Source of the DNA: Azospirillum sp. 51_20
GTDB taxonomy: Bacteria > Pseudomonadota > Alphaproteobacteria > RF32 > CAG-239
Assembly: GCA_001917175.1 (NCBI GenBank)
Contig: MNTV01000020.1
Span: forward strand, 114,810-178,809
Direction: 5' to 3'
Length of the DNA stretch: 64,000 nucleotides
Shown: in pieces, positions 7,001 to 15,716 of the stretch
How positions within the stretch are numbered: the first letter of the stretch is position 1
How the letters are laid out: each line of letters begins with the position of its first letter
Position numbers and translations under genes: made by a program
Notes under the pieces: generated by a model
What the model saw: the letters and a program-made list of their open reading frames with translations, nothing else
Databases searched by the model: none
What the model was told of the DNA's origin: nothing

Positions 7001-7024
7001 CAAAATTTGAAAGGAAAAAAATAA

Positions 7025-7498
7025 ATGGACATAAAATTGAAAAACTTAAAACAAGAATACATGGGACGCTGCAATATTATTCCTTGCTGCGATCTTCCAA
7101 AAATAGAAGGAAGTTTTAACGACCTTAAAGATGATATTATCGACAGTTTTGTTAACCAAAACATAATAAGTGACTGGACACTAAAAGACGGAGTTCTAGA
7201 AAAATACAATAACAATGAAGAATTTGACAATGATGATGAACGGGAAGAAGAATTTTGGAACGAAGTTGTTTGCCGTTGTCTGAATAAAGGCTATTTAGTG
7301 ATTTATGAACTTCCTGTACCAAACGGAATACACAAAAATAATGAAAAAATAGAATATTTCTCTTATTCATGGGGTTATTTCCAAACTCATTTTATCCACA
7401 TAACCGACCTTGCACAACTAACATCAGTATTATCTAACTTGGATGATCTGATCATCGAAGAAAAATATAAAGAAGAACAACAGAAAAAAGAAAAGTAA
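7025..7498 (+). CDS. Hypothetical protein (157 aa), acidic, AT-rich
   Basis: Long ORF with AAAGGAAAAAA upstream. No recognisable motif. Confidence 0.5.
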   Translation: MDIKLKNLKQEYMGRCNIIPCCDLPKIEGSFNDLKDDIIDSFVNQNIISDWTLKDGVLEKYNNNEEFDNDDEREEEFWNEVVCRCLNKGYLVIYELPVPNGIHKNNEKIEYFSYSWGYFQTHFIHITDLAQLTSVLSNLDDLIIEEKYKEEQQKKEK

Positions 7499-7547
7499 TA
7501 CAACATTACCCCGGGGCGGTTACCCGCCCCGACGATAAAGGAAGACA

Positions 7548-8162
7548 ATGAAAATACTCAATTTATATGCCGGCATAGGCGGAAATCGCAAATTGTGGGG
7601 AAACGATCATGAAATAACCGCCGTAGAGCTGCGTCCGGAGATAGCTGCAATTTATCAGGACTTTTTCCCAAACGACCAGGTGGTCGTCGGAGACGCGCAT
7701 CAGTATTTACTGGAGCATTACCGGGAGTTTGACTTCATCTGGAGTTCACCGCCCTGTCAAAGTCATTCAACCCTACGCGGCCGTACTTGTGTTGCCAAAG
7801 GACAATCAAAACCCATTTATTTCGACACCAAACTCTGGCAAGAGATAATTTTTCTCAAAACATACTGTAAAAAGGATTTTGTTGTTGAAAATGTAATACC
7901 TTATTACAAACCGTTGATTGCCCCGGATTTCAAGATTCAACGGCATTTATTTTGGAGTAACAAATTCATTCTTTCGACACATTTTGAGAAAGATAATATA
8001 GACAGGGGAAATGTAAAAATATGGCAAGATAATACAGGGTTTGACCTCGGCAATTATCAGTTCAGTCGTAAATCCGGTCTGCGTAAGGAGCAAATTCTTA
8101 AAAACTGTGTCCGGCCGGAACACAGATGTGGGGGGTACCGCAAAAAGTCTGCGTCGCTATAG
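7548..8162 (+). CDS. DNA (cytosine-5)-methyltransferase, catalytic part (frame breaks at a G6 tract)
   Basis: Motif I LNLYAGIGGN, motif IV SPPCQSHS, motif VI VVENV, motif VIII IQRHLF. The frame ends 27 nt after the G6 run at 8130-8135. Confidence 0.75.
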   Translation: MKILNLYAGIGGNRKLWGNDHEITAVELRPEIAAIYQDFFPNDQVVVGDAHQYLLEHYREFDFIWSSPPCQSHSTLRGRTCVAKGQSKPIYFDTKLWQEIIFLKTYCKKDFVVENVIPYYKPLIAPDFKIQRHLFWSNKFILSTHFEKDNIDRGNVKIWQDNTGFDLGNYQFSRKSGLRKEQILKNCVRPEHRCGGYRKKSASL

Positions 8163-8332
8163 CAAAAGAATTGTCTCCCCATTTCCGTCTTGTTGGATTT
8201 TGGGAAACTGACAAAGGAAACGGCGTTATTGTCGAAACCGACGACGGAGAACAACGGCTGTTATCTCACGAGCAATATAACGATTTGATGAAAGCCAGAA
8301 AATCGAAAGGAAAGAAAAATGAAACCGCTTAA
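8126..8332 (+). CDS. Probable C-terminal continuation of the C5-methyltransferase in the -1 frame
   Basis: WGVPQKVCVAIAKEL resembles C5-MTase motif X (GNxVP....IA..I). It becomes in-frame with 7548-8162 if the G6 tract had 7 G. Confidence 0.4.
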   Translation: MWGVPQKVCVAIAKELSPHFRLVGFWETDKGNGVIVETDDGEQRLLSHEQYNDLMKARKSKGKKNETA

Positions 8333-8600
8333 ACTTGTCTTGACCGACCATTGGTTTGAAGAAATTAAATCCGGGCATAAAACTCACGAATACAGAAATT
8401 TCACCCCTTATTGGGAAAACAGATTGCAGAAATTTGAGTTTTCACAAGGGTACTTTGTCCAGTTTCAAAAAGCATATCGGAAAAACCCTGAACGTATGAC
8501 TTTTAAAATCGACAATATTCGCCTTGTAGACGGTAAAAACACCGACTTGCATATTGACGGCCTTGTTTTTGATATTGAACTTGGGGAGCGCATTAGATGA
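8319..8600 (+). CDS. ASCH-domain-like protein
   Basis: LTDHWFEEIKSGHKTHEYRNFTPYW is an ASCH/PUA-like N-terminal signature. Confidence 0.55.
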   Translation: MKPLKLVLTDHWFEEIKSGHKTHEYRNFTPYWENRLQKFEFSQGYFVQFQKAYRKNPERMTFKIDNIRLVDGKNTDLHIDGLVFDIELGERIR

Positions 8601-8803
8601 CTAAAACCGACCGAGAGATTGAACTTGAGAAAAAGCTTTCGATTGCTGTTAAGGCTTTGAGATATTATGCAAATTCTAATTGTTGGGATGATTGTTTCTA
8701 TAACGGCCGCATAAAAGTTAGCGCTTATTTGCAAACCGCCGGCTATAAAACTGCCCAGCAAGCATTAAAGGAGATTGAGAAATGCGTAAAAAATATGGAT
8801 TAA
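8597..8803 (+). CDS. Hypothetical phage protein (68 aa)
   Basis: ORF overlapping the upstream stop by 4 nt (ATGA coupling). Confidence 0.45.
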   Translation: MTKTDREIELEKKLSIAVKALRYYANSNCWDDCFYNGRIKVSAYLQTAGYKTAQQALKEIEKCVKNMD

Positions 8804-9030
8804 CACGGCACGAGCAAAAATTATTAAGTAAAGCTCAATACTACCAAAACAAAGCCTCTGAAATGCACAGAAAATTTTCCGATAGTCTACAAAATAGGTT
8901 TTACAATTCAACCACAATCAGCGAGTTTGAAGAGTGGGATTTATGGACGTTGAACGAAAGCGGGGATTGTTCAGGAAGTGAACAGGAAGTACTGTTTTGG
9001 CGAAAAGTAAAAGAGGAGGAGGAAGACTAA
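8782..9030 (+). CDS. Hypothetical phage protein (82 aa)
   Basis: ORF in the same operon; no motif recognised. Confidence 0.45.
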   Translation: MRKKYGLTRHEQKLLSKAQYYQNKASEMHRKFSDSLQNRFYNSTTISEFEEWDLWTLNESGDCSGSEQEVLFWRKVKEEEED

Positions 9031-9428
9031 TGTCATATTTAGAAGAACTTCTGCCCGAGTTCAAAAAAGGGGCTAAGATTAGAAGAAAGGATTGGAGAGA
9101 CGGAAAGTATATTAAACTATCTGGAGTTTACGCAAAAGATGAATATGGCGATGTTTATTTTATTGAGCCTAACGAAATAACAGCGGATGATTGGGAACTC
9201 TACGAAGAGCCTATCGACTGGCAATATATCATTGACCACAAGTGCCCCTGCTGGTTTTGGGATTACGATTTTAGCTATAAGGTAATGCGCTTTTTAAGAA
9301 ACATTGAAATTGATTTGAATAGGCCTTTTTTGGATGAAAATCACTCTTACTGGAAAAACTGCCGCCCCGTCCGCAGAGATGAAGTAACTTTTTACGAGGA
9401 TAGAAAAGATGACAAACAGAAATCTTGA
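9030..9428 (+). CDS. DUF2829-like domain protein with extra C-terminal domain
   Basis: MSYLEELLPEFKKGAKIRRKDWRDGKYIKL matches the DUF2829 N-terminal pattern (G-K-x-I/V-R-R-x-x-W). The ATG at 9030 follows GAGGAGGAGG. The track start at 8997 is unlikely. Confidence 0.5.
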   Translation: MSYLEELLPEFKKGAKIRRKDWRDGKYIKLSGVYAKDEYGDVYFIEPNEITADDWELYEEPIDWQYIIDHKCPCWFWDYDFSYKVMRFLRNIEIDLNRPFLDENHSYWKNCRPVRRDEVTFYEDRKDDKQKS

Positions 9429-9621
9429 CGGCTGTTATTTCCGTATCAGACGCGGGGAGAAATACGAAGACCTGTGCTTCTCTGACCTCACCCGCGACGA
9501 GCAGGAAGAGCTTTTGAAAGACAAATCCCCGGAGTTCATTGTCGGGCTTACCCAGCATCTTGCGGAAACCCTCCGCAAAATCGGGGACGAATTCGACTTG
9601 AGGGGAGAAAACCATGATTGA
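9409..9621 (+). CDS. Hypothetical phage protein (70 aa)
   Basis: ORF in the operon; no motif recognised. Confidence 0.45.
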   Translation: MTNRNLDGCYFRIRRGEKYEDLCFSDLTRDEQEELLKDKSPEFIVGLTQHLAETLRKIGDEFDLRGENHD

Positions 9622-9829
9622 CGGTTTTTACACAGCAGAAGAAATCAAGCCGCTGCTGGGAATCAAAGCGCGGCCGGGAGATTTGCGGACGCTTAACAAG
9701 TATGTCAAAAACGGCAAATTAGAAGTCTTTTATTATTCAAAAAAAATAAAAGTTTATAGGCCGATACTTGTTGCTATTTCGAATCAGGAAAAAAGCATAA
9801 TTGAAGATGATTGGGTAATCGAAAAATAA
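9614..9829 (+). CDS. Putative excisionase / small HTH protein
   Basis: 71 aa, immediately upstream of the integrase. FYTAEEIKPLLGIKARPGDLRTLNKYVKNGKLEVFYYSKKIKVYR fits the excisionase-type winged-HTH pattern. Confidence 0.4.
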   Translation: MIDGFYTAEEIKPLLGIKARPGDLRTLNKYVKNGKLEVFYYSKKIKVYRPILVAISNQEKSIIEDDWVIEK

Positions 9830-9830
9830 A

Positions 9831-10952
9831 ATGAAAATTCCTTATTTAAGACATAAAAAGCTAAAAAATGGAGAAATAGCTTATTATTTCGACATTCCAA
9901 AGCATATTATGCCGGCGGGTTGCGAATTAAAACATTCGTACCCGCTAGGCAAAAACTATGTCTTAGCATGCCGGGAAGCCCTAAACCTTTTTGAAAGATT
10001 AGAGAATTTCAGGAAAAGCGGAGAAAATATACAACCTAAATCTTTGGCACATATATGGTCTATTTACAAGGAGAGTCGCCTATTTAAGTCCATAAAAAAA
10101 TCAACGGCCCGCACATATCAATATACCTTTGATATACTGTCAAAATTAAAATCAGGAAAAAGCGGCCGTTCTTTCAAAGATGTTCCTCTGGATAGTTTTG
10201 ATTACGATAGCGCATATAATTTGTATGAGAAATTTGTTATCTGCTTCAAAAAAACTCAAGCTATGTATTGTATAACTGTCTTAAAAATGCTTTATAATTT
10301 TGGTTTTAACAAGGGCATTTTTACAAAAAACAATCCATTTGCCAATTTAAGGATAAAAAAGAATAAACCTAAAAAGTTTGTTATTCCGCACGAACACGTA
10401 AAAAGTATAATTGACAAAGCCAGAGAACTTGGCAAAGATAACGACAGTTATTTAGCCGTAGCCCTTGCGACCGAACTTAATTTTTATATTGCACAAAGAA
10501 ATGCTGATGTGCTGAAATTACAAGATAAAGACATTTACAAAAAAGGCGACAATTATTTTTTTAACATTAACCAAAATAAGGTTGACAACGTAAACGTCAA
10601 AGTACCTATTCCACCTCACCTTGTTGAAGAAGTTTTAAGTAAAAAAGGTTACATCATTGCTGATCGTTTTGGTAAATTCGACGTTCAAAGATTTAGCCGC
10701 TATTTTAAGAAAATACGAGATATTTTAGGATTCGATGAAAGATATATATTTAAAAATATGAGGCATACCGGAAGTACTGCCTATGTCGAGGCCGGAGTGG
10801 CCACAAACGCTATTATTTCAATTACCGGACACACTAACGAGGCTATCTTTAATCAAGTATATAAAGGCAATACGGAAGAGGTGACTTTGCCGGCATTGAA
10901 GAAACGGCTTGAGGCAGAAAGTCGGAATAACAAAATAAAAGAGTCGGAATAG
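9831..10952 (+). CDS. int: Tyrosine recombinase / phage integrase
   Basis: 373 aa. The C-terminal catalytic region has QRNADVL, MRHTGSTAYVEAG and ITGHTNEAIFNQVYKG (R..H-x-x-R..H..Y pattern). Adjacent to the tRNA fragment. Confidence 0.9.
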   Translation: MKIPYLRHKKLKNGEIAYYFDIPKHIMPAGCELKHSYPLGKNYVLACREALNLFERLENFRKSGENIQPKSLAHIWSIYKESRLFKSIKKSTARTYQYTFDILSKLKSGKSGRSFKDVPLDSFDYDSAYNLYEKFVICFKKTQAMYCITVLKMLYNFGFNKGIFTKNNPFANLRIKKNKPKKFVIPHEHVKSIIDKARELGKDNDSYLAVALATELNFYIAQRNADVLKLQDKDIYKKGDNYFFNINQNKVDNVNVKVPIPPHLVEEVLSKKGYIIADRFGKFDVQRFSRYFKKIRDILGFDERYIFKNMRHTGSTAYVEAGVATNAIISITGHTNEAIFNQVYKGNTEEVTLPALKKRLEAESRNNKIKESE

Positions 10953-10996
10953 ATTAAATAAAGCAAGCAAATACAATATGTTGCACAAACAACACA

Positions 10997-11056
10997 ATAG
11001 ACTTAAAATCTGTTGGCCGCAAGGCCGTGCCGGTTCGATTCCGGCCTAGCGCACCA
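10997..11056 (+). tRNA. 3' fragment of tRNA-Leu(UAA) = attR core (not an intact gene)
   Basis: Contains anticodon arm ATAGA-CTTAAAA-TCTGT, variable arm GGCCGCAAGGCC, T-arm GCCGG-TTCGATT-CCGGC, 3' acceptor CTAGCGC and ACCA. No matching 5' acceptor strand (GCGCTAG) or D-arm upstream. Confidence 0.7.
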
Positions 11057-11065
11057 CCTTATAAA

Positions 11066-11088
11066 CCGCCGCTTTCGGCGGCTTTTTT
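11066..11088. terminator. Terminator hairpin
   Basis: CCGCCG-CTTT-CGGCGG then C+T6, directly after the tRNA fragment and facing the 3' end of the convergent gene at 11124. Confidence 0.6.
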
Positions 11089-11123
11089 GTTGCGTTCTCC
11101 GCAACCCCCGTTTTCAGCGTTTT

Positions 11124-12815
11124 TCAAACGGTAAATTCCGACAAAGCTGCCGGACTTTTGAACACGTTTTTTAAGAATTCGATAAAATCATCCGCCTGTT
11201 CGGGGGTAACGTTTTTATTTTCATGTTTTTCCGGAGGAGAAAAATCTTCAAACATCTGACCAACTGTCGGCGAATATCTGAAATTTCCCAAACAAGGCGC
11301 TTTTCCGCTTAAATAGTCGTAAACGCTCATGCCTTTGGAATCTTTCAGATTAATGTCCGCGCCTTTTTCCGCCAGATATTTTGCAATTTCCAGATTTCCT
11401 TCCTGCACGGCATACATCAGGGCCGTGCGTTCGCCGTTTACAAGACAAATGTTCTCCCAGCAGCCCGCATCTTCCGAATATCCCTTATTCGTTTGCGCGT
11501 TTATATCCGCTCCGGCCTCAAGCAAAATTTTCACACTTTCCGCAAACCCGTATTGAGCCGCGTACATCAAAGCGGTTTTGCCGAAAGCATTTCCCGCGTC
11601 AACATCCGTGTTCAGACCGAAGCAGCTCAGTTTTTCCTCATTATACGGACAGGTTTCAATCAGCATTTTCAAAACATCGGGACGATGAACGCTGACCATT
11701 AAAATTTCATCCGCCTGATGAGGCGTTTCCGGTTCCGCAAATTCTTCCCCTTTTAATTTTTTGTCCTCAATCCATGCTTTTATTTCTTCCGCGGGAACTC
11801 CGGAAAGGATTTTATAGCGCAGGGTTTCCCTGTTTACCGGAAAACTTGCCGCCGCCCGGGGAATCATCACATAACGGGCATATTGCCGGGCTTTGCCTTC
11901 ATCAACCTTAAAAGTTTTTACATAATGCCGCGTCAGCTTGTCGACCGCTTTGTCAAACCCGATACCGTGATTGACAACTTCCGAAAAATATTTGTAATTG
12001 GGATATGATTCCATCGCCCAGGCTTCAAGCGGCAAGGCTTGCAAATATTCTTTCTCGCCATAACTTCGTTCAAAATTCCAATCGGGATCATAATGACTGA
12101 CTATATTCTTATATACATCTTCGGCCATATACACATAGCGTATCGAACCGGGATTATCCAATTCCAGTTCCCGCTGAATATAATTCCGATACTCTTCAAC
12201 ATCATCGGGAAAATCGTATTGCGGATACTGGCCACAGTTGGAAATATCCAGCGTTTCGGCGCCGTGTCCGCCGCCGGCGCTGTCCAAAACGGCCGTTAAA
12301 TGGAGTTTTTGAGCCGTCGGGCAGGGAACCGCGATTTTCCACGGAACATAAAGCATATCGCCGCTCACATCCCCCCAAACGCTGAAAAATTTGGAAAAGT
12401 TTAAAGCGCCGATTTCTATCAGACAGCTCAAATCTTTGTAGCATTTTAAATAATCGTCTTTGATCAGCCCTTCGTATTGCCCCTGATATATTCCGTAAAA
12501 AGGGGAATCGGGAACAAGCTTTTTATATTGCGCAACCACGTCCGTATGCAGCCGGCGGGCAATTTGTTCAAATTCGAGAGTATTTACTTTTTGCGGTTCG
12601 TAAATGCTGAGCAGTATCAGATATTCCATTGCGGCAAAGCGGTTTTTGTCCGCCAGTTTTTTTAAATCTGCCAAAGCCTGCCCGGGGTTGTCTTTTACGG
12701 ATTTTACAATCTCTTCGTACCGTTTATCCGCATTTTGCCCGGTTTCCCGCGTTTCTTTGCACATAAGAGAAAGAGGAAACAACAGACATACCAGAACAAT
12801 CAAACAATGTTTCAT
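11124..12815 (-). CDS. Exported ankyrin-repeat protein
   Basis: The ATG at 12815 follows GGGAGGG. N-terminal signal-like MKHCLIVLVCLLFPLSLMC. C-terminal ankyrin repeats GKTALMYAAQYGFAESVKILLEAGADINAQ and RTALMYAVQEGNLEIAKYLAEKGADINLKD. Confidence 0.7.
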   Translation of the reverse strand: MKHCLIVLVCLLFPLSLMCKETRETGQNADKRYEEIVKSVKDNPGQALADLKKLADKNRFAAMEYLILLSIYEPQKVNTLEFEQIARRLHTDVVAQYKKLVPDSPFYGIYQGQYEGLIKDDYLKCYKDLSCLIEIGALNFSKFFSVWGDVSGDMLYVPWKIAVPCPTAQKLHLTAVLDSAGGGHGAETLDISNCGQYPQYDFPDDVEEYRNYIQRELELDNPGSIRYVYMAEDVYKNIVSHYDPDWNFERSYGEKEYLQALPLEAWAMESYPNYKYFSEVVNHGIGFDKAVDKLTRHYVKTFKVDEGKARQYARYVMIPRAAASFPVNRETLRYKILSGVPAEEIKAWIEDKKLKGEEFAEPETPHQADEILMVSVHRPDVLKMLIETCPYNEEKLSCFGLNTDVDAGNAFGKTALMYAAQYGFAESVKILLEAGADINAQTNKGYSEDAGCWENICLVNGERTALMYAVQEGNLEIAKYLAEKGADINLKDSKGMSVYDYLSGKAPCLGNFRYSPTVGQMFEDFSPPEKHENKNVTPEQADDFIEFLKNVFKSPAALSEFTV

Positions 12816-12941
12816 TCGCCCTCCCGTTAAACGTCTGCACAAATAATATTTAATCCGGATTTATTTTTCCTTAACCCCGTCCGGCCGGCATACGGCCATA
12901 CGCACCGCCTTCCCCGAAAAGAAGGAATCCTTGCCGCAGCG

Positions 12942-13550
12942 TCAATCGTCCGGAGTTATCGTCAAACTGTTGAAAATCAGGCCGAACTTGCGGTTTTCCT
13001 GTCCGAAGCCGAGACTTTTCGGCGAAACGGCGCCGTCAATTTTAAAAATCAGATTAACCGGATATTCGCTGCTCAGATATTTTCGGGCAATCTTGATCCT
13101 GGTCTTCGGCATCTTGCGCCCGTACTGAAAATTCCATTCGTCGATTTTCCTGTCGTCAAGATACACTTCCGCAAAAACGTTTTCATTTTTCTTGTTGACA
13201 TAGGGATCAATTTCAAAATCAAGCCAAACGGAAGAATAAACCTGCGGCAGCCTGAACGACATCCGCACCGTGTTGCCCGTGCTCCATATGCCGCGGTCGT
13301 CAAACCGGACAAACCCCAGCACCTTAAAATTACGGTTTTGGCCGTTAAAGCGGTATGTACGGAAATAATTTGTCGTTTCCGTTATCGGTTTGTGGAGAAA
13401 AGCCCTCTCTTCGTCGATTGAAAAACTGCGCGCGCTCAGCAGATAATAGTCGGCGTAATATTTGCAAATGCCCGGACTAAGCATGCAATAGGTTACGCCG
13501 TAATAAACCAAAGCAATAAATACCACCAGCATTATTTTGAATTTCAGCAT
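12942..13550 (-). CDS. Hypothetical membrane-anchored protein
   Basis: MLKFKIMLVVFIALVYYGVTYCML N-terminal TM, then a soluble domain. An alternative GTG start at 13646 is possible. Confidence 0.5.
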   Translation of the reverse strand: MLKFKIMLVVFIALVYYGVTYCMLSPGICKYYADYYLLSARSFSIDEERAFLHKPITETTNYFRTYRFNGQNRNFKVLGFVRFDDRGIWSTGNTVRMSFRLPQVYSSVWLDFEIDPYVNKKNENVFAEVYLDDRKIDEWNFQYGRKMPKTRIKIARKYLSSEYPVNLIFKIDGAVSPKSLGFGQENRKFGLIFNSLTITPDD

Positions 13551-13656
13551 TTTTTCTTCTGCCCCGCTTATGTCGCTTTCGGTTTCATTATACCGAAAGC
13601 CCGGCACGATACCAAGCGGGAAATCGCCGGCGGCGGCGAAATTCACAATTCTGTAA

Positions 13657-15603
13657 CTATTCGGACGGGTCGTCGTCTTTTTCCGGCGCGCTGCCTTTCA
13701 GGTTGTCAAGAAACTGCGCTTCCATTTTCAGATATTGGCTGAGCAGCCACTTCGACCGCGAAATGAGCGCCACCGAAGCGACCAGCAAAATCAGCGTCAC
13801 TTTCTGGTTTTCCGTCAGAAACTGATGCACGACGGTGACGATGAAAAAGGCAACGACCAGCAAACGAAAACTGGTCAGCACGATCAGCGGCAGCCGGTTG
13901 GCTTTTTTGCTCCGCCAAAGCTGATAATAGATTTTCGCCGCCTGCGCATTGGAAACGAAAAAGCTTTTCAGGCTTTCGGCATTTTCCCCCAGCAGATTGT
14001 CAATCAGCGAACTTTTGTCTTCCGCCGGCCGGGGGCGGGACGCCGGGCGTTCTTCCGCGGCAGCGGCCGATTCTTCTTCCCGGGTTTCGAGAAACTTCCG
14101 CCGCCGGCGTGCAGGCAGAAAATCGGCAAAAGAACGGATAAACGACGGCAGCACGATTTCCCATCCGATCAAAGCCTTCAAAAAAGGGGAAACCAGAACA
14201 AAAGCAATCATCGTCATAACGATTCGCCCCGTCAGACCGGGCAGCGCCATCCGTACGTAAGGACGGACGAATTGGGTGCAAAAACCGATAATCGCAAACA
14301 ATATGATCGAAAACAAAATGATCCGCACGGCATAATTTTTAAACAAAACGCTCCACAGGCGCTCTTCCGACCTGCTCGGTGCCCGGGCTGCCGAAGCCTT
14401 GTTGATGTAGCGGCTCCAGGAAGCGGGAAGTTTGCGTTCGATCAGCCTGTAAACCGGCCCGGCCGAACGGATCATCACCGGGGTAAGGAAAGTCGTGATG
14501 ACGGAAACCGCCACGATCACCGGATAGACCTGTCCGTCCAACACCCCGAGACTCATGCCCAGAGCGGCAATGATGAAAGCAAACTCGCCGACCTGCGCCA
14601 GCGAAAACGCGCATTCCGTCGAAGTGCGCAGGGACTGCCCCGAAATAACGAACCCGAAACAGGAAAAGACGACCTTGCCGACAACCACGATCAGGGTAAC
14701 GACCGCAATCGGCCCGGCATAGGTGACGAACATGGCCGGATCAACCATCATCCCGACCGAAACGAAAAAGACCGCGCCGAAAAAATCCTTCAGCGGCCGA
14801 ACCACGTTTTCGATTCGCATAATCAACCCGGTTTCGGAAAGCACCGACCCCATCAGAAAGGCGCCGAGAGCAGAAGAAAACCCCGAAGCCGTCGCCAGCC
14901 AAACCATGCCGAAACACATGCCGACCGTGATCAGAAGCAGCATTTCGTCATTTAAAAACGAAGTCAGCTTTTTCAAAACCGTCGGCACGATATAAATGCC
15001 GATGACAAAACACAAAATCAGAAAGGAGAGCAGCTTGAACGTGCTCAGGGCAAGCTCGCCGCCGTTGATGCTCTGCCCGAGCGCCACCATCGGCAGCAGC
15101 ACCAGCAGCAAAATGCCGACCAGGTCCTCAATCACCAAAACGCCGAACACCAGATCGGTAAACTTCTGCTTTTTGATGTTGAGATCGTCAAAGGCCTTGA
15201 TAATGATGGTAGTTGAAGACATTGAAATCATTGAGCCGAGAAAAAAGCTGTCCGTCGTCGACCAGCCGAGCAAAAGACCGGTATAATATCCGAGAAAAAG
15301 CATAAACAAAATGTTGGCGTTGGCCGTAATCATTGCCGACTTGCCGACGTTGAGCATTTTTTTGAAGCTGAACTCCAGCCCCAGGCCGAAAAGCAGGAAA
15401 ATCACCCCGATATCCGCCCACAAACTCAGATTTTCCCGGTCGCTGACCGTCGGCAGCAAGTCAAAGTACGGCCCCGCGAAAATGCCGGCCAGCACATACC
15501 CCAGCACAATCGGCTGCTTCAGCTTTTTGCAAATCAGCGTGGTAATGCCGGCATAAATGGTAATCAGCGTCAGGTCAATAATCAGGGCATGAATGGTATG
15601 CAT
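13657..15603 (-). CDS. Cation:proton antiporter (CPA2/Kef-type) with extra C-terminal membrane domain
   Basis: Polytopic protein. N-terminus ...LKQPIVLGYVLAGIFAGPYF... is typical of Na+/H+ exchanger family proteins. A TTG start at 15618 is also possible. Confidence 0.8.
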   Translation of the reverse strand: MHTIHALIIDLTLITIYAGITTLICKKLKQPIVLGYVLAGIFAGPYFDLLPTVSDRENLSLWADIGVIFLLFGLGLEFSFKKMLNVGKSAMITANANILFMLFLGYYTGLLLGWSTTDSFFLGSMISMSSTTIIIKAFDDLNIKKQKFTDLVFGVLVIEDLVGILLLVLLPMVALGQSINGGELALSTFKLLSFLILCFVIGIYIVPTVLKKLTSFLNDEMLLLITVGMCFGMVWLATASGFSSALGAFLMGSVLSETGLIMRIENVVRPLKDFFGAVFFVSVGMMVDPAMFVTYAGPIAVVTLIVVVGKVVFSCFGFVISGQSLRTSTECAFSLAQVGEFAFIIAALGMSLGVLDGQVYPVIVAVSVITTFLTPVMIRSAGPVYRLIERKLPASWSRYINKASAARAPSRSEERLWSVLFKNYAVRIILFSIILFAIIGFCTQFVRPYVRMALPGLTGRIVMTMIAFVLVSPFLKALIGWEIVLPSFIRSFADFLPARRRRKFLETREEESAAAAEERPASRPRPAEDKSSLIDNLLGENAESLKSFFVSNAQAAKIYYQLWRSKKANRLPLIVLTSFRLLVVAFFIVTVVHQFLTENQKVTLILLVASVALISRSKWLLSQYLKMEAQFLDNLKGSAPEKDDDPSE

Positions 15604-15673
15604 CGTTTTTTCCCGCAAAAATAAATCCTTGGAGAGAATATGCGGTGTTTTTTAATTTTGAGTTAAACCGCAT

Positions 15674-15705
15674 AAAAAAACCCCCTCCGGAAGGGGACTT
15701 TTTTG
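15674..15705 (-). terminator. Rho-independent terminator
   Basis: Reverse strand: CCCCTTCCGGAGGGGG hairpin followed by T7, downstream of 15717-16682. Confidence 0.6.
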
Positions 15706-15716
15706 ATTGCCGAAAC

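Larger units (their letters stand above)
1..11056. mobile_element. Right-hand part of an integrated lambdoid-type temperate phage (left end outside window)
   Basis: Contiguous phage-type genes in lambda left-arm order: cI, lysogeny cassettes, pL-like promoter, recombination genes, xis-like, int, att. Visibly AT-richer than DNA to the right. Ends at a 3' fragment of tRNA-Leu(UAA) directly after the integrase. Confidence 0.8.

Noticed and set aside
6422-7003. 193-aa minus-strand ORF
   Set aside because: It runs antisense through the 6440-6820 gene and across the tRNA-like element (the translation even contains the reverse T-arm as DSNPI). It is a shadow ORF.
7511-7533. GGGGCGG-TTAC-CCGCCCC hairpin as a terminator between 7025-7498 and the methyltransferase
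   Set aside because: No T run follows it, so it may be only a stabilising or processing hairpin. Not reported as a terminator.
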